Assembly: GCA_964473865.1 (NCBI GenBank)
Contig: CAYYQN010000005.1
Coordinates: forward strand, 80,035 to 144,034
Origin: an uncultured bacterium
Lineage (GTDB): Bacteria > Eisenbacteria > RBG-16-71-46 > CAIMUX01
Reading direction: 5' to 3'
Length of the DNA: 64,000 nt
The notes beneath the pieces are model-generated. The model made no database searches and was not told where the DNA came from. It was given only the letters and a program-made list of their open reading frames with translations. Of the stretch, positions 18,354 through 27,629 are shown piece after piece. Each line of letters opens with the position of its first letter. Positions within the stretch are counted from its first letter, which is position 1. The translations under genes and the position numbers were made by a program.

Positions 18354-18926
18354 CTACTTCTCCATGACGAGAACGACTCGCGCCTCCCGCGATTTCGCGC
18401 GGGCGATCAACCGGACATGATCCACGCGCCGGCCGTCCGGAAAGTCCAGCAGCGCGTAGAAGCCGGGATCCCGGGTCTTCTCGGAGAAGTCGACGACCTG
18501 GGTGTCGCCGTTCTCGAACACGACCTCGGCGAAATCGAGCTGAACCTTCCCCGACATCACCTCGAAGTAGAGCCGGCGTCCCCGCTGGTTGGAGTCGAAG
18601 AGCGTCTCCGACCAGCCGTCGTCCTTGAACAGCGTTTCGGCATCCTGCCAGATGAGCGCGCTCGGGGCGGGGCGGGTTACCACCAGCGGCGCCCAGACCA
18701 CGACCGGCAGGAACCGCGCGGGCGCGACCCGAACCACAACTGCCGGACGCCGGAACACCACCGGGTGCATCGGGCGCCGAATCGGATGCCCCGGGCGAAC
18801 CACCACCGCGGCGCGCCGGGGAGGTCCGCGCCGCCCGCCCCGCGCCGGTCCGGCTTCGACGGTGGGGGGCGCAGGCAACGCGAGCGTGAACAGGGCCAGG
18901 ATCCCGAGTACGAACCTGCGACGCAT
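18354..18926 (-). CDS. Exported hypothetical protein: Arg/Pro/Val-rich linker plus small beta-sandwich (DUF2541-like)
   Basis: AGGAGG RBS; signal peptide; C-terminal VQLDFAEVVFENG...RVDHVRL; family assignment tentative. Confidence 0.6.
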   Translation of the reverse strand: MRRRFVLGILALFTLALPAPPTVEAGPARGGRRGPPRRAAVVVRPGHPIRRPMHPVVFRRPAVVVRVAPARFLPVVVWAPLVVTRPAPSALIWQDAETLFKDDGWSETLFDSNQRGRRLYFEVMSGKVQLDFAEVVFENGDTQVVDFSEKTRDPGFYALLDFPDGRRVDHVRLIARAKSREARVVLVMEK

Positions 18927-19260
18927 GGTCTACCTCCTACGGACGAGCGCGGGCCGACCGGGACAGGGGCAGAACGAGACGGTCGGCCTCCGCGTTCGCA
19001 AGTCATGCAATGACCCCACCGAACGTGAACGGATCCTCGGTCGGCCTGCGGCGGGGCACCATGGCGACGGCAGTGTCAAGGCGCGACACCTGCGGCGCCA
19101 ACGGGGCGCTCCGGCACGGGTCTTCCCGGCACCCCTGTCGGCGGGATTCTCCGACCGGGCATCGATCTGATCAAGCAGGATTCGCCCGGCGCGCGGCTGC
19201 GGCTCGGCCGTCCGACGGATCAGCGCTTCGAGCGCGGCTGACGGGGTCTTCAGCAATCGG

Positions 19261-20202
19261 CTAGCGATACGTCCGCTTGACTCCGCCCCAACTGGTCTGG
19301 CGCGCGCTTCCGTCGGCCTCCGGCACTCCCACCGTTGGGGGCGTGACGGTGAGCTCAACCGAGGCACAATCGTGAGATCCATCCGTGATCGCGACGATCA
19401 ACCCGTCGTGCACTCCGATCGCCAGGTCCGCGGCGTCGATCGAGACGTCGATCCGCCTTACGTCGGGTTCGACATCTGTCTCGGAGAGGCTCATCCATGG
19501 TTGATCGTCCACGAAGGTGGTGAAGCAAGACATGTGCAGCCAGGCCTCCAGGGAGACCGAGGTCTGGCCTCCTTGGGGCACGGTCACCTGGAGCACCGGC
19601 GGGTGGTAGCTCGTGTAGCACTGCGGGAACCAGTTCCAGCAGTCATAGGTGGAGTAGCAGGGTCCGCCGGCCGCCGCCGGCAGGACCATGCACGGCACGC
19701 CATCCGCGGCGACGAAGGTCCAGGAATTGAAGCTCCCCGCGGAAGCGGCCGCCAGCTCCAGTCGGCCGATGCGTGTCGGATCGATCCCGATCACAAGCGG
19801 CTGCGGAAGTTGCAGTCCGACTCGCACTCCGTCCGCCAGCGGTTCCACATCCGGCGAACCATCCACGCAACTCACGAACTGAAGAAGAGACCACGCGCCG
19901 TCCCAATGCAGCTCCAGATCCAGGTCGCTGGCCGGATAGTCCGGCTCGAGGAGGGCATAGAGGTAGACGTCCACGGTCAGATTCCCGAGTTCGCCGCAGT
20001 ACTGAACGATCTGGCCGCACTCGGTAACCGGGTCGACCAGACAGTCCAAGGGGCTCAGCGGCTGCATGTGGAACGCAACCGCCAGTGGCCCCGGAAGCGG
20101 ATTGGCGGACACCGAGGTGAACGGGGTCGCAAGGAGGAAGGCCGAACCCAGGCAGGCCAGGCTCATCACTGTAACCGCAGACTGCCGCAAACGTTGTCTC
20201 AT
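19261..20202 (-). CDS. Secreted Cys-rich protein with BACON-like domain and C-terminal TSWGGVKRTYR motif
   Basis: ATG 20202 with GGAGG RBS; signal peptide; PWMSLS...VSIDAADLAIGVHDGLI is BACON/Ig-like; ends VGVPEADGSARQTSWGGVKRTYR. Confidence 0.8.
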   Translation of the reverse strand: MRQRLRQSAVTVMSLACLGSAFLLATPFTSVSANPLPGPLAVAFHMQPLSPLDCLVDPVTECGQIVQYCGELGNLTVDVYLYALLEPDYPASDLDLELHWDGAWSLLQFVSCVDGSPDVEPLADGVRVGLQLPQPLVIGIDPTRIGRLELAAASAGSFNSWTFVAADGVPCMVLPAAAGGPCYSTYDCWNWFPQCYTSYHPPVLQVTVPQGGQTSVSLEAWLHMSCFTTFVDDQPWMSLSETDVEPDVRRIDVSIDAADLAIGVHDGLIVAITDGSHDCASVELTVTPPTVGVPEADGSARQTSWGGVKRTYR

Positions 20203-20287
20203 CGGACACCTCCGGCGGGATTTGCTGGTTCGAACAATCAGGCGCCGGTGTGGGGGTCGAGAGGTCCTTATCCCGCTCAGCACCGCA

Positions 20288-20316
20288 ATCATACCCCAGG
20301 CCAGCGCCGGAGTCAA
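20288..20316 (-). promoter_or_regulatory. Sigma-70 promoter of the 19261-20202 gene
   Basis: Minus strand TTGACT-17 nt-TATGAT, near consensus, 85 nt upstream of the ATG. Confidence 0.7.
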
Positions 20317-20494
20317 CGGAGCGGAGGCGGAGCCATCCTCCGGGGCGACATCAAGACCCGGGCCTCCGCGCCGCGCACGCGGGCCGTCGTCATCGGGTAC
20401 CGGCGCATCGAACGAAACACCGCCACCGGACCGGTCGGCGTATGATCCCGGCGGAGCCAGGTTCGACCGGCACCCCGTCGAGAGGAGGACCCCG

Positions 20495-21205
20495 ATGGAA
20501 CTGGAAGGAGCCCGAGCCCTCGTCACTGGGGGCGGCCGTGGCATCGGCGCCACCATCGCCTTGGCGCTCGCCGGCAGCGGCTGCCGCGTCGCGCTGGCCG
20601 CTCGCACCGAGTCGGAACTCGACTCGATCGCCGCCGGTGTCACCACCGCCGGAGTGCGCGCCCTGGTCTTGCCCACGGACCTGACGCGCCCCGAGGAAGT
20701 CCGCGGTCTGGCGCAGAAGGTGGAGTCCGCATTCGGCGGAATCGACATCCTCGTAAACAACGCCGGCGGCGGGGTTCTCCGCCCGGCCCTCGAGATGACC
20801 GAGGAGGACTTCGAGCATACCCTGGAGTTGAACCTGACCTCGGTCTTTCGCCTGACCAGGGCCTTTCTTCCCGGAATGCTCCAGCGCAAGCAGGGGCACA
20901 TCGTGATGATCGCGTCCACTGCCGCCCGCCGCGGGTTTGCCGGCGGCACTGCGTATTGCGCGGCCAAGTTCGGCCTCAACGGATTCGCGCAATCGCTCTT
21001 CCACGAGACGAGGAAGAGCGGGGTCCGGGTGACCACGGTGTTCCCGTCCTCGGTGAACACGGAGCTGGCCCGGAATCTGGGTCCCCCGCCCGACCCCGAC
21101 CGGCTGATTCAGCCGGCGGATGTCGCCCTGGCCGTCCTGGCGGCCCTGCGCACCGACGATCGGGCAACCGTCAAGGAGATCGAGATCTGGGGTACGAATC
21201 CATGA
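20495..21205 (+). CDS. Short-chain dehydrogenase/reductase (classical SDR)
   Basis: ATG 20495 with GAGGAGG RBS; TGGGRGIG, NNAG, YCAAK. Confidence 0.93.
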   Translation: MELEGARALVTGGGRGIGATIALALAGSGCRVALAARTESELDSIAAGVTTAGVRALVLPTDLTRPEEVRGLAQKVESAFGGIDILVNNAGGGVLRPALEMTEEDFEHTLELNLTSVFRLTRAFLPGMLQRKQGHIVMIASTAARRGFAGGTAYCAAKFGLNGFAQSLFHETRKSGVRVTTVFPSSVNTELARNLGPPPDPDRLIQPADVALAVLAALRTDDRATVKEIEIWGTNP

Positions 21206-21987
21206 GCGCCATGCCCCCCTCCGGCGGCCAAACGCCGCCGGCGGAAGACCGATTCGCCTCGGTGGCTTCGAACTATGACCGCTGGGTGGGTTGGGAACCA
21301 CGGCTGAAGAACGAGATGCCGTTCCTCACCTCCCGTATCCCCGCGGGCGCGACGGTTCTCGACGCGGGCTGCGGGACCGGCGCCCACGCGCGAGCGCTCG
21401 CGGCCGCCGGTTATCGCGTGACCGGCGCCGACGCCTCGGCCGCCATGCTGGCCCAGGCGCGGACAGCGGGCGCCGCGGAGTCATCGGCCATCGAGTGGCT
21501 CGAATGCGATCTCACCGACCCGACGGCGCTCGGCGGCCGCCGGTTCGATGCCGTGCTGGCGCTCGGCAATGTCGTCCCGGCCTTCGGAGACGCCGAGGCG
21601 GTGCGGCGCGGACTCGGCGCGCTCATCGCCCACACCAGCCCGGGTGGACTGCTGATCTTGCAGTACCTGAACGGAGAGCGGATCCGCGCCCGCGGCCGGT
21701 TGGTCGCCAAGGGGAACACCGACCGGACGGGAGAGGTCTGGCTGCGCCACCATTTCCTGGCCGGCGACAAGATCTGGTTCCACTCCTACCAACTGCGGCC
21801 CGCCGAGACCGGGTGGTCGGTCGAGGTTCGCGCGCACGAGTATCATGACGTCCCGGTTGCCGAGCTCCGTTCGCTCCTGGAACCGAAATTCAGCCGGATC
21901 GAGCTGGTCGACGGGCTCACCGGCAATCCCTTCGACCCGCCGGAGTCGGACTCCCTGGGAGTCCTGGCCACGGGCCGGCGAAACTGA
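21202..21987 (+). CDS. Class I SAM-dependent methyltransferase (glycine/sarcosine N-methyltransferase-like)
   Basis: ATGA overlap with the SDR stop; VLDAGCGTG, VTGAD, FDAVLALGN, PGGLLILQ; substrate assignment tentative. Confidence 0.85.
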   Translation: MSAMPPSGGQTPPAEDRFASVASNYDRWVGWEPRLKNEMPFLTSRIPAGATVLDAGCGTGAHARALAAAGYRVTGADASAAMLAQARTAGAAESSAIEWLECDLTDPTALGGRRFDAVLALGNVVPAFGDAEAVRRGLGALIAHTSPGGLLILQYLNGERIRARGRLVAKGNTDRTGEVWLRHHFLAGDKIWFHSYQLRPAETGWSVEVRAHEYHDVPVAELRSLLEPKFSRIELVDGLTGNPFDPPESDSLGVLATGRRN

Positions 21988-22240
21988 CCGGATCCGCGCG
22001 GCACGATTCCGTAACGGCCGCAAAACGCAGGTACCAAGGATTCCCGCCGCGACCCGGCATGACTCTGGCTACCGTCTCGGGTGGTGACGAAGACCCGACC
22101 CCCAGCGGGACCGTGAGGAGGGAGATCCGGGGGCGGCGGAGCCCTGAGGTCTCGGAACTCGCACCCGGGTAGACGAGCGCGTTCGGCGATGCGGGACTAC
22201 CTCCGGCCCATGCGCCATGCCCGGGAAGGCGGAACGCCGG

Positions 22241-24094
22241 ATGGATTTCATCGAGGATCGACTTCAGATCCGCCACCAGCCTCCCCGATGGACAAGCGCC
22301 GTCCGCGTGTTGACCCTTGTCACGGCGCTTGCAGCCGCCTGCGCGGCCCGGGCCGAGAGACTTCCGGTGGTCCTCGACGGCAGCTTCGACGATTGGAGCG
22401 GCCTGGCCCCAGTGTGGACTGATCCGTCTGGAGACCAGGGGCAGAGCGGCATCGACCTGGGCCGGCTCTGGCTCGCCGACGATGCCGTGAACTTCTACCT
22501 GCGCTTCGAAGTGGGCCCGGAGCTGCTCCTGAACGGCGGGAACAGCCTCAGCCTCGCCTTCGATACCGACGCCGACGCCACCACCGGACAGCCGCGGAAC
22601 GGAATCGGAGCCGACCTCGTCTGGCGCCCGGGCCGGAAGTCGGGAACCTTCTGCTTCGGATCCATGCAGACCGAGGTGAAGTGGGACGACTGCGGCTTCG
22701 TCGGTCTGCCCACCCTCAGTGACCGCGCGTTCGAGGTCGCCTTTCGCCGCGACGCGCGACCCGACGGAATCCACCCTCTCTTCCCCAACGTGGCGGGCAC
22801 AACCATCCGGGTTCTGCTCTACGACGCCGCCTTCGCCGGAGACCTTCTGCCGAACGCGGGACAGATCCTCTCCTACGCGCTCGATCAGGGTTCCGCGATC
22901 ACCGAGGAGCCGTTGCCGTTGGCGCGGCAGCATCCCACCGACCTGCGCATCATCACCTGGAATGTCCTTTCCGACGGACCTTGGGACGGCACGCTCCAGC
23001 CGAGGTTTCAGCGACAGATCCAGGCTACAACCCCGGATCTCCTCAGTTTCCAGGAGATCTATCACCACTCGCCGGAGGCCACGCGGCAGCTCATCGCCTC
23101 CTGGCTGCCCGGAACCTGGTATGCCGCGGGGAACAATGACTGCATCACTGTCAGCCGCTACCCGGTGCTCGGCTCGTGGCCGCTGGACGGCAATCTTGCC
23201 GTCTATCTCGATACCGAGGAGGCGCTCGGCAAGCGGACCCTGTTGATCAACGCGCACTTGCCTTGCTGCGCGAACGATGCCGGTCGCCAGGATGAGGTCG
23301 ACCGGATCCTCTCCTTCATTCGCGACGCTCGGACCCCGGGCGGGTCGCTCGATCTGCCGGTCGGGACGGTCATGCTCCTCATGGGCGACACGAATTTCGT
23401 CGGGAGCTCGGATCAACGCCGGTCTCTTCTGACGGGCGACATTCGTGACAACACCACGTTCGGACCCGACTTCGCCCCCGATTGGAACGGCGGGCCGCTG
23501 ACCGACCTGGTCTCCCGCCACACCGAGGCCCGGGTCAGCTACACCTGGCTCGAAGCCGGGAGCGCATTCTGGCCGGGGCGGATCGACTACTTTGTGTACA
23601 ACAGCTCCGCCATGTCGCCGGCGAGTCACTATGTCCTCGACCCGTCGGAAATGTCGGCCGACAGCCTGGCCGCTCACGGGCTGCAGGCCGGCGACGCCGG
23701 GGCCAGTGACCACCGGCTGCTCTGCGTCGACCTCCGGGCGGCATCACCGGGCGAAGACTGCCCAGGTGGAGCCGGTCCGACCTGTTCGGCCGTTGAAGGA
23801 GACCTCCGTTGCGTGATCGCTCCGAATCCGTCGGTGGCAGGCTCGGCGCGACTCGAGCTGACTCTGCAACAGCCGGCGACGCTGCGTCTCTCCGTGTTCA
23901 ACGCGGCCGGCCGGTGTGTGAGCGAGCCGTTCGGAGGCAAGCAGGTCTACCGGCCGGGCCGGTGGACATTCCGCTGGGACGGCCGGGGCCCCGACGCTCG
24001 GATCCTGTCTCCAGGAATCTACTTCGTGCGTCTGGACGGACACGGCGCGGCGGGAACCATCCGCCGGACCCTGCGCTGGGTGATCGTGCAGTGA
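22241..24094 (+). CDS. Secreted endonuclease/exonuclease/phosphatase (EEP) family protein with N-terminal DOMON-like and C-terminal FlgD-Ig domains
   Basis: Signal peptide; LDGSFDDW...DPSGD; catalytic motifs ITWNV, FQEI, NAHL, MGDTN, RIDY, ASDH; C-terminal PNP...WDGR...GIYFVRL; alternative start 22217. Confidence 0.85.
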   Translation: MDFIEDRLQIRHQPPRWTSAVRVLTLVTALAAACAARAERLPVVLDGSFDDWSGLAPVWTDPSGDQGQSGIDLGRLWLADDAVNFYLRFEVGPELLLNGGNSLSLAFDTDADATTGQPRNGIGADLVWRPGRKSGTFCFGSMQTEVKWDDCGFVGLPTLSDRAFEVAFRRDARPDGIHPLFPNVAGTTIRVLLYDAAFAGDLLPNAGQILSYALDQGSAITEEPLPLARQHPTDLRIITWNVLSDGPWDGTLQPRFQRQIQATTPDLLSFQEIYHHSPEATRQLIASWLPGTWYAAGNNDCITVSRYPVLGSWPLDGNLAVYLDTEEALGKRTLLINAHLPCCANDAGRQDEVDRILSFIRDARTPGGSLDLPVGTVMLLMGDTNFVGSSDQRRSLLTGDIRDNTTFGPDFAPDWNGGPLTDLVSRHTEARVSYTWLEAGSAFWPGRIDYFVYNSSAMSPASHYVLDPSEMSADSLAAHGLQAGDAGASDHRLLCVDLRAASPGEDCPGGAGPTCSAVEGDLRCVIAPNPSVAGSARLELTLQQPATLRLSVFNAAGRCVSEPFGGKQVYRPGRWTFRWDGRGPDARILSPGIYFVRLDGHGAAGTIRRTLRWVIVQ

Positions 24095-24199
24095 CACCCG
24101 GCGGCGCGGTCAGGAAGGACAAGGGCCGCACTCCGGTTGGGAGCGGCTCCCGGGCCAGCCGAAGGCAGGAGAGGTGAGAGCCGGCCTCCGCGCACCCGG

Positions 24200-24538
24200 T
24201 CAACGAGAGGGGCGATAGCGCATCCGGGTTCCCAGGTTGACCGAGAGTCGGATCTCCTCCGCAGAGAGCGGGTCCGGGAACAACGCCCCCGCGACATTGG
24301 CGTCGTGCAGGCTGGCTCCTTCGAGATTCGCGGCAGAGAAGTCGAGACCTCGCAAGTCGGCGTTGCGGAGGTAGGCACCCGAGAGCTCGGCGCGGCGAAG
24401 GTCCGCCTTCCGCAAGTCGAGCATCCGCAGGTCCGTGTTCCGCAGGTCGGGGGGATCGGCGGCGGCCAGCCGGTTGAACTCGTCGATCCTGCCATCACGC
24501 AGCAGGGTGGCCCACTTCGAGTCGCGCACGAGCGGCAT
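24200..24538 (-). CDS. Pentapeptide-repeat protein
   Basis: DLRNT DLRML DLRKA DLRRA ELSGA YLRNA DLRGL DFSAA NLEGA; ATG 24538 after a GGAGGG RBS. Confidence 0.9.
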   Translation of the reverse strand: MPLVRDSKWATLLRDGRIDEFNRLAAADPPDLRNTDLRMLDLRKADLRRAELSGAYLRNADLRGLDFSAANLEGASLHDANVAGALFPDPLSAEEIRLSVNLGTRMRYRPSR

Positions 24539-24604
24539 GGTCAAGCCCTCCCTGCTCCAAGGATCGGCCGCCGACGTTCCCAACTGAACCGCAGGCTCGG
24601 CAAG

Positions 24605-24686
24605 AGAAGAAGGGAAGTCGCCGCAGCGGCCTCCCTTCCCTGAGCCTGCCGGGGCGACTCCGGGGAATCCCCGGAGAGGCCCCGGC
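24605..24686 (-). terminator. Tandem hairpins downstream of the lipoprotein gene (intrinsic terminator candidate)
   Basis: GCCGGGGC-GA-CTCCGGGG-AAT-CCCCGGAG-AG-GCCCCGGC at 24648-24686, followed on the minus strand by a GGGAAGGG...TTCCCTTC stem and a pyrimidine-rich tail. Confidence 0.5.
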
Positions 24687-24714
24687 GGCGGGCTTCAGAT
24701 TCGCGGCCCGGCGG

Positions 24715-25833
24715 TCAAGGCAGCGCGCAGCCCTTCGACCACACTCCGTCGAAGACCCCGTCGAACCCTCCGCGCGTCGATCGCCAGCGTCCCCGGATGG
24801 CTCCGATCGGCTGTTCCTCCCCATCCAGGATCTCGCCCCCGAACGACCCGACGAGACGCGCTCTTCCGCCGAAGTGCGTGCCTTCGTCCCGTCCAGCCTC
24901 AGTCCACGTTCCGCGCAGGAAACCCTGGAAGCTGCCGGAGGTATCGACCCACTTGCCAAACAGGACCCGGAGTCCTCGATCGTTGGAGCCGTAGTGGCCG
25001 CGCACGAAGCCGGTCACCTCGCCGGTCCGGCTCAGCCATCGGCCCAGGAACGTCCCCATGGAGTCGGCTTCGGGCGGCGTGAACCAGACCCCACCCAGGA
25101 AGCCCTGCGTGCACGGGCCCGGCCCGACGAGAAAACTCCGCACCGAGAACTTGTTGCCGAGACCATCGATCGCCTCGACCTGATCCAGATCCGCCAGGTC
25201 ATTGACCGCGTACTGCCAGGTGTGACCTCCCGCCACGATCGACACGCTGTCCCGCTCGCCCGTTTCGCCCAGCGGCATCGGCTGGTGAACCAGGATGCGC
25301 AGGCCGTCAAAGCCCAGTCCGGTGTGGCTGATCCAGTCGACACGCGTCCGGCTGGCCCGGGGGCGGACGATCGAGTCGTCCCGCTCGAAATCGATCGTGC
25401 TGCGGACGATGACCGCGCCGCGATTCACCTCGAGATAGCCACTCCAGTCGACGGGTGCGACATCCACGCTGTCGGTGTTGCGGCTGTCCACAATCGGATC
25501 GGACGCCAGGATCCCCCAGAGCAGGGTCACCGCATAGGTGCGCGCGGAGTCCCCCTCCGACCAGCGGATGACCTCGGGGTCGCCGGCCACGGCATCTGCG
25601 ATCGGCGTTTCCGCCGCCGCGCTCGCGGCAAGCGCCTCGTCGCCAAAGGCTGGTTCCTCGTTTCGGGAAGTGAGTCCGCCCGTATCACCTTCGAGAGTCG
25701 GAATCTCGGCCGCCGGAACCGTGTCCGACGGCCGGGTGGAGTCTTCGCTGCACCCCATGACGGCCAGGCCCGCAACGAGCAGCACGGCCGCCGCCGAAAC
25801 GGAAGGGTTGAATCGTCCTCGCAACATGCCCAT
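24715..25833 (-). CDS. Hypothetical lipoprotein with Gly/aromatic repeated beta-strands
   Basis: AAGGGG RBS, start MGMLRGRF; lipobox AVMG-C; C-terminal repeats GFLGGVW, TFLGRW, GFVRGHY, GFLRGTW, GAIRGRW, GVFDGVW. Confidence 0.75.
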   Translation of the reverse strand: MGMLRGRFNPSVSAAAVLLVAGLAVMGCSEDSTRPSDTVPAAEIPTLEGDTGGLTSRNEEPAFGDEALAASAAAETPIADAVAGDPEVIRWSEGDSARTYAVTLLWGILASDPIVDSRNTDSVDVAPVDWSGYLEVNRGAVIVRSTIDFERDDSIVRPRASRTRVDWISHTGLGFDGLRILVHQPMPLGETGERDSVSIVAGGHTWQYAVNDLADLDQVEAIDGLGNKFSVRSFLVGPGPCTQGFLGGVWFTPPEADSMGTFLGRWLSRTGEVTGFVRGHYGSNDRGLRVLFGKWVDTSGSFQGFLRGTWTEAGRDEGTHFGGRARLVGSFGGEILDGEEQPIGAIRGRWRSTRGGFDGVFDGVWSKGCALP

Positions 25834-25916
25834 TCCCCTTTCCTTTGAGACTTCCAGACAGTGCCGGTTCCGATGATTCGCGAAAAGATGCGGCAGGGTT
25901 CCGGGGCGAATCGCCA

Positions 25917-25932
25917 TCCAGAGTCGTGCCAA
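25917..25932 (-). promoter_or_regulatory. Candidate sigma-54 promoter (-24 consensus, variant -12)
   Basis: Minus strand TTGGCACG-ACTC-TGGA versus consensus TGGCACG-N4-TTGC; 84 nt upstream of the lipoprotein ATG and next to an NtrC-family locus. Confidence 0.35.
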
Positions 25933-26258
25933 CGGGAGGGAGCCTCGGCCCGCCTCGTTCCATCCGGCTGCCGCACAAGGCAGTGCCCGGTCCCGAGGGA
26001 TGGCCGGACCGTCCCCGCGTTCGGCAACTCCCACCTCGAGGTGCCCCGAATCGTACACTCCGTCCCGGGCCGGCGTCCCCGTGGCGACAAGCATCGCCAC
26101 GTCGAAGCGCCTCCGGTATGCTCGGAGACGGCCGGGCGTCGGAGATCCGTGCGGGGATCGCATCGCCCAAGGGTCGGGGCCCGGGACCGGTATGACCTCG
26201 CGAGCTACGCCCGGAACCGGCGCTTCGGCGATCCGGGCCTCGGGGCGGAGGGAGGGGG

Positions 26259-27629
26259 ATGGGTCGATCCTCCGGACTGGCCACCAACGCGTCGCAGCGA
26301 CTCTATGTCGCGGCGATGGGCTTGCTTCTGGCCGGCCTGCTGGCCCTCACCGTCATCACCTCGCTTTCCACGTACCGGAGTGTGCGAGCGCAGGTCGACA
26401 GCGAACTCGAGACTCGCCTGCTTTCCGTCGGGCAGACGATCGCGCAGGGCCTTGCCTCCTCCGGACGCGCCGCGCCCACCACGGCCGATTCGGCCGCGAT
26501 GTACCGGGAAACCCGCGCCGACCTCCTGCGGATTGCGGCCGCGAGCGAGCTCTCCAGCATCGAGGTGATCGATCGACAGCGCCGGCACCTCACGGGAACA
26601 GACGAGGCGATTCCCCTGGGAGCGCGCGATCCGCTGCTGAACGCCCAGCCCGAAGTGGCGGTCGCCCTGGCGGGAATCCCCGTCGCGACCTCGCTCTACG
26701 AGACTCCCGAGCTGCGGGGTACCTTCTTCAAGACCGGATTCGTGCCGATCGAGGACGCGGCGGGGGAAGTCACCGGGGTCGTGGCGGTCGAGGGTGGATC
26801 GGGATTCTTCTCGATCCTGCCGGCTCTCCGCCGGATCTGGTGGGGGACCGGTCTCGCGTCGGCCGTGATCGCAAGCGTGCTGGCCGTGCTTCTCTTGGGG
26901 GTGTTCCGCGCGCTCGGTCGATCCGAGCGGGAACTCAGAGCCACGATGGCGCTCGCCACCGCCGGCCAGCTGGCGGCGGTCGTCGCCCACGAAATCCGCA
27001 ACCCGCTCGCCGCCCTCCAGTCCCGCGCGGAGCGGGCGCAGGAGGAGCTGAGAGCGGGCAGCGATCCGCGTGGCGTCGCCGACCTTCTCGAGGCGATTCC
27101 CCTGGAGGTGCATCGACTCGATCGGATCGTGACGAACTACCTGTCTCTGGCTCGCGGCACCGAGGCGGGTGAGAGTAGCGACGTCCCGCAAGTTGTGGCC
27201 CGGACTCTGGACCTGGTGGCAAAGGATCTGGAGCGAGCGAACGTGACGTTGCAGTGCACCGCCCCGGATCACAGCCTGCGAGCCCGGATGGGTCCGGGCC
27301 CGTTGCGGCAGGCCCTGCTGAACCTCTTCCTGAACGCCCGCGAGGCGATGGCGAGCGGCGGCGAGCTCCGCGTCGGGGTGCGCGCGGACGAAGCCTGGGT
27401 CATCATTGAAGTGGAAGATACCGGGGGGGGGATCGACCCGCGCCTCCACCGCAAGATCTTCGAGCCTTTCTACACGACGCGCCCGGCAGGATCCGGCCTT
27501 GGTCTGGCGGTCGTGAGTTCGATCGTGCGCTCCCACCGCGGGCGGGTTGAGGTTCGATCGGAACCCGGCCGCGGAGCGAAGTTCATCCTCACGCTGCCCC
27601 GGGAGCAGAAGGGAACCACCGATGCCTGA
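26259..27629 (+). CDS. Membrane-bound sensor histidine kinase (NtrB/ZraS-like)
   Basis: Two TM helices flanking a periplasmic domain; VAHEIRNPL; LNLFLNAREAM; EDTGGG; FEPFYTT; GSGLGL. Confidence 0.92.
   Translation: MGRSSGLATNASQRLYVAAMGLLLAGLLALTVITSLSTYRSVRAQVDSELETRLLSVGQTIAQGLASSGRAAPTTADSAAMYRETRADLLRIAAASELSSIEVIDRQRRHLTGTDEAIPLGARDPLLNAQPEVAVALAGIPVATSLYETPELRGTFFKTGFVPIEDAAGEVTGVVAVEGGSGFFSILPALRRIWWGTGLASAVIASVLAVLLLGVFRALGRSERELRATMALATAGQLAAVVAHEIRNPLAALQSRAERAQEELRAGSDPRGVADLLEAIPLEVHRLDRIVTNYLSLARGTEAGESSDVPQVVARTLDLVAKDLERANVTLQCTAPDHSLRARMGPGPLRQALLNLFLNAREAMASGGELRVGVRADEAWVIIEVEDTGGGIDPRLHRKIFEPFYTTRPAGSGLGLAVVSSIVRSHRGRVEVRSEPGRGAKFILTLPREQKGTTDA

Noticed and set aside
18927-19260. 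Possible IS end or MITE (TTGCTGAAGACCCC on the minus strand near 19244-19257)
   Set aside because: No matching second inverted end, target duplication or transposase fragment could be found.
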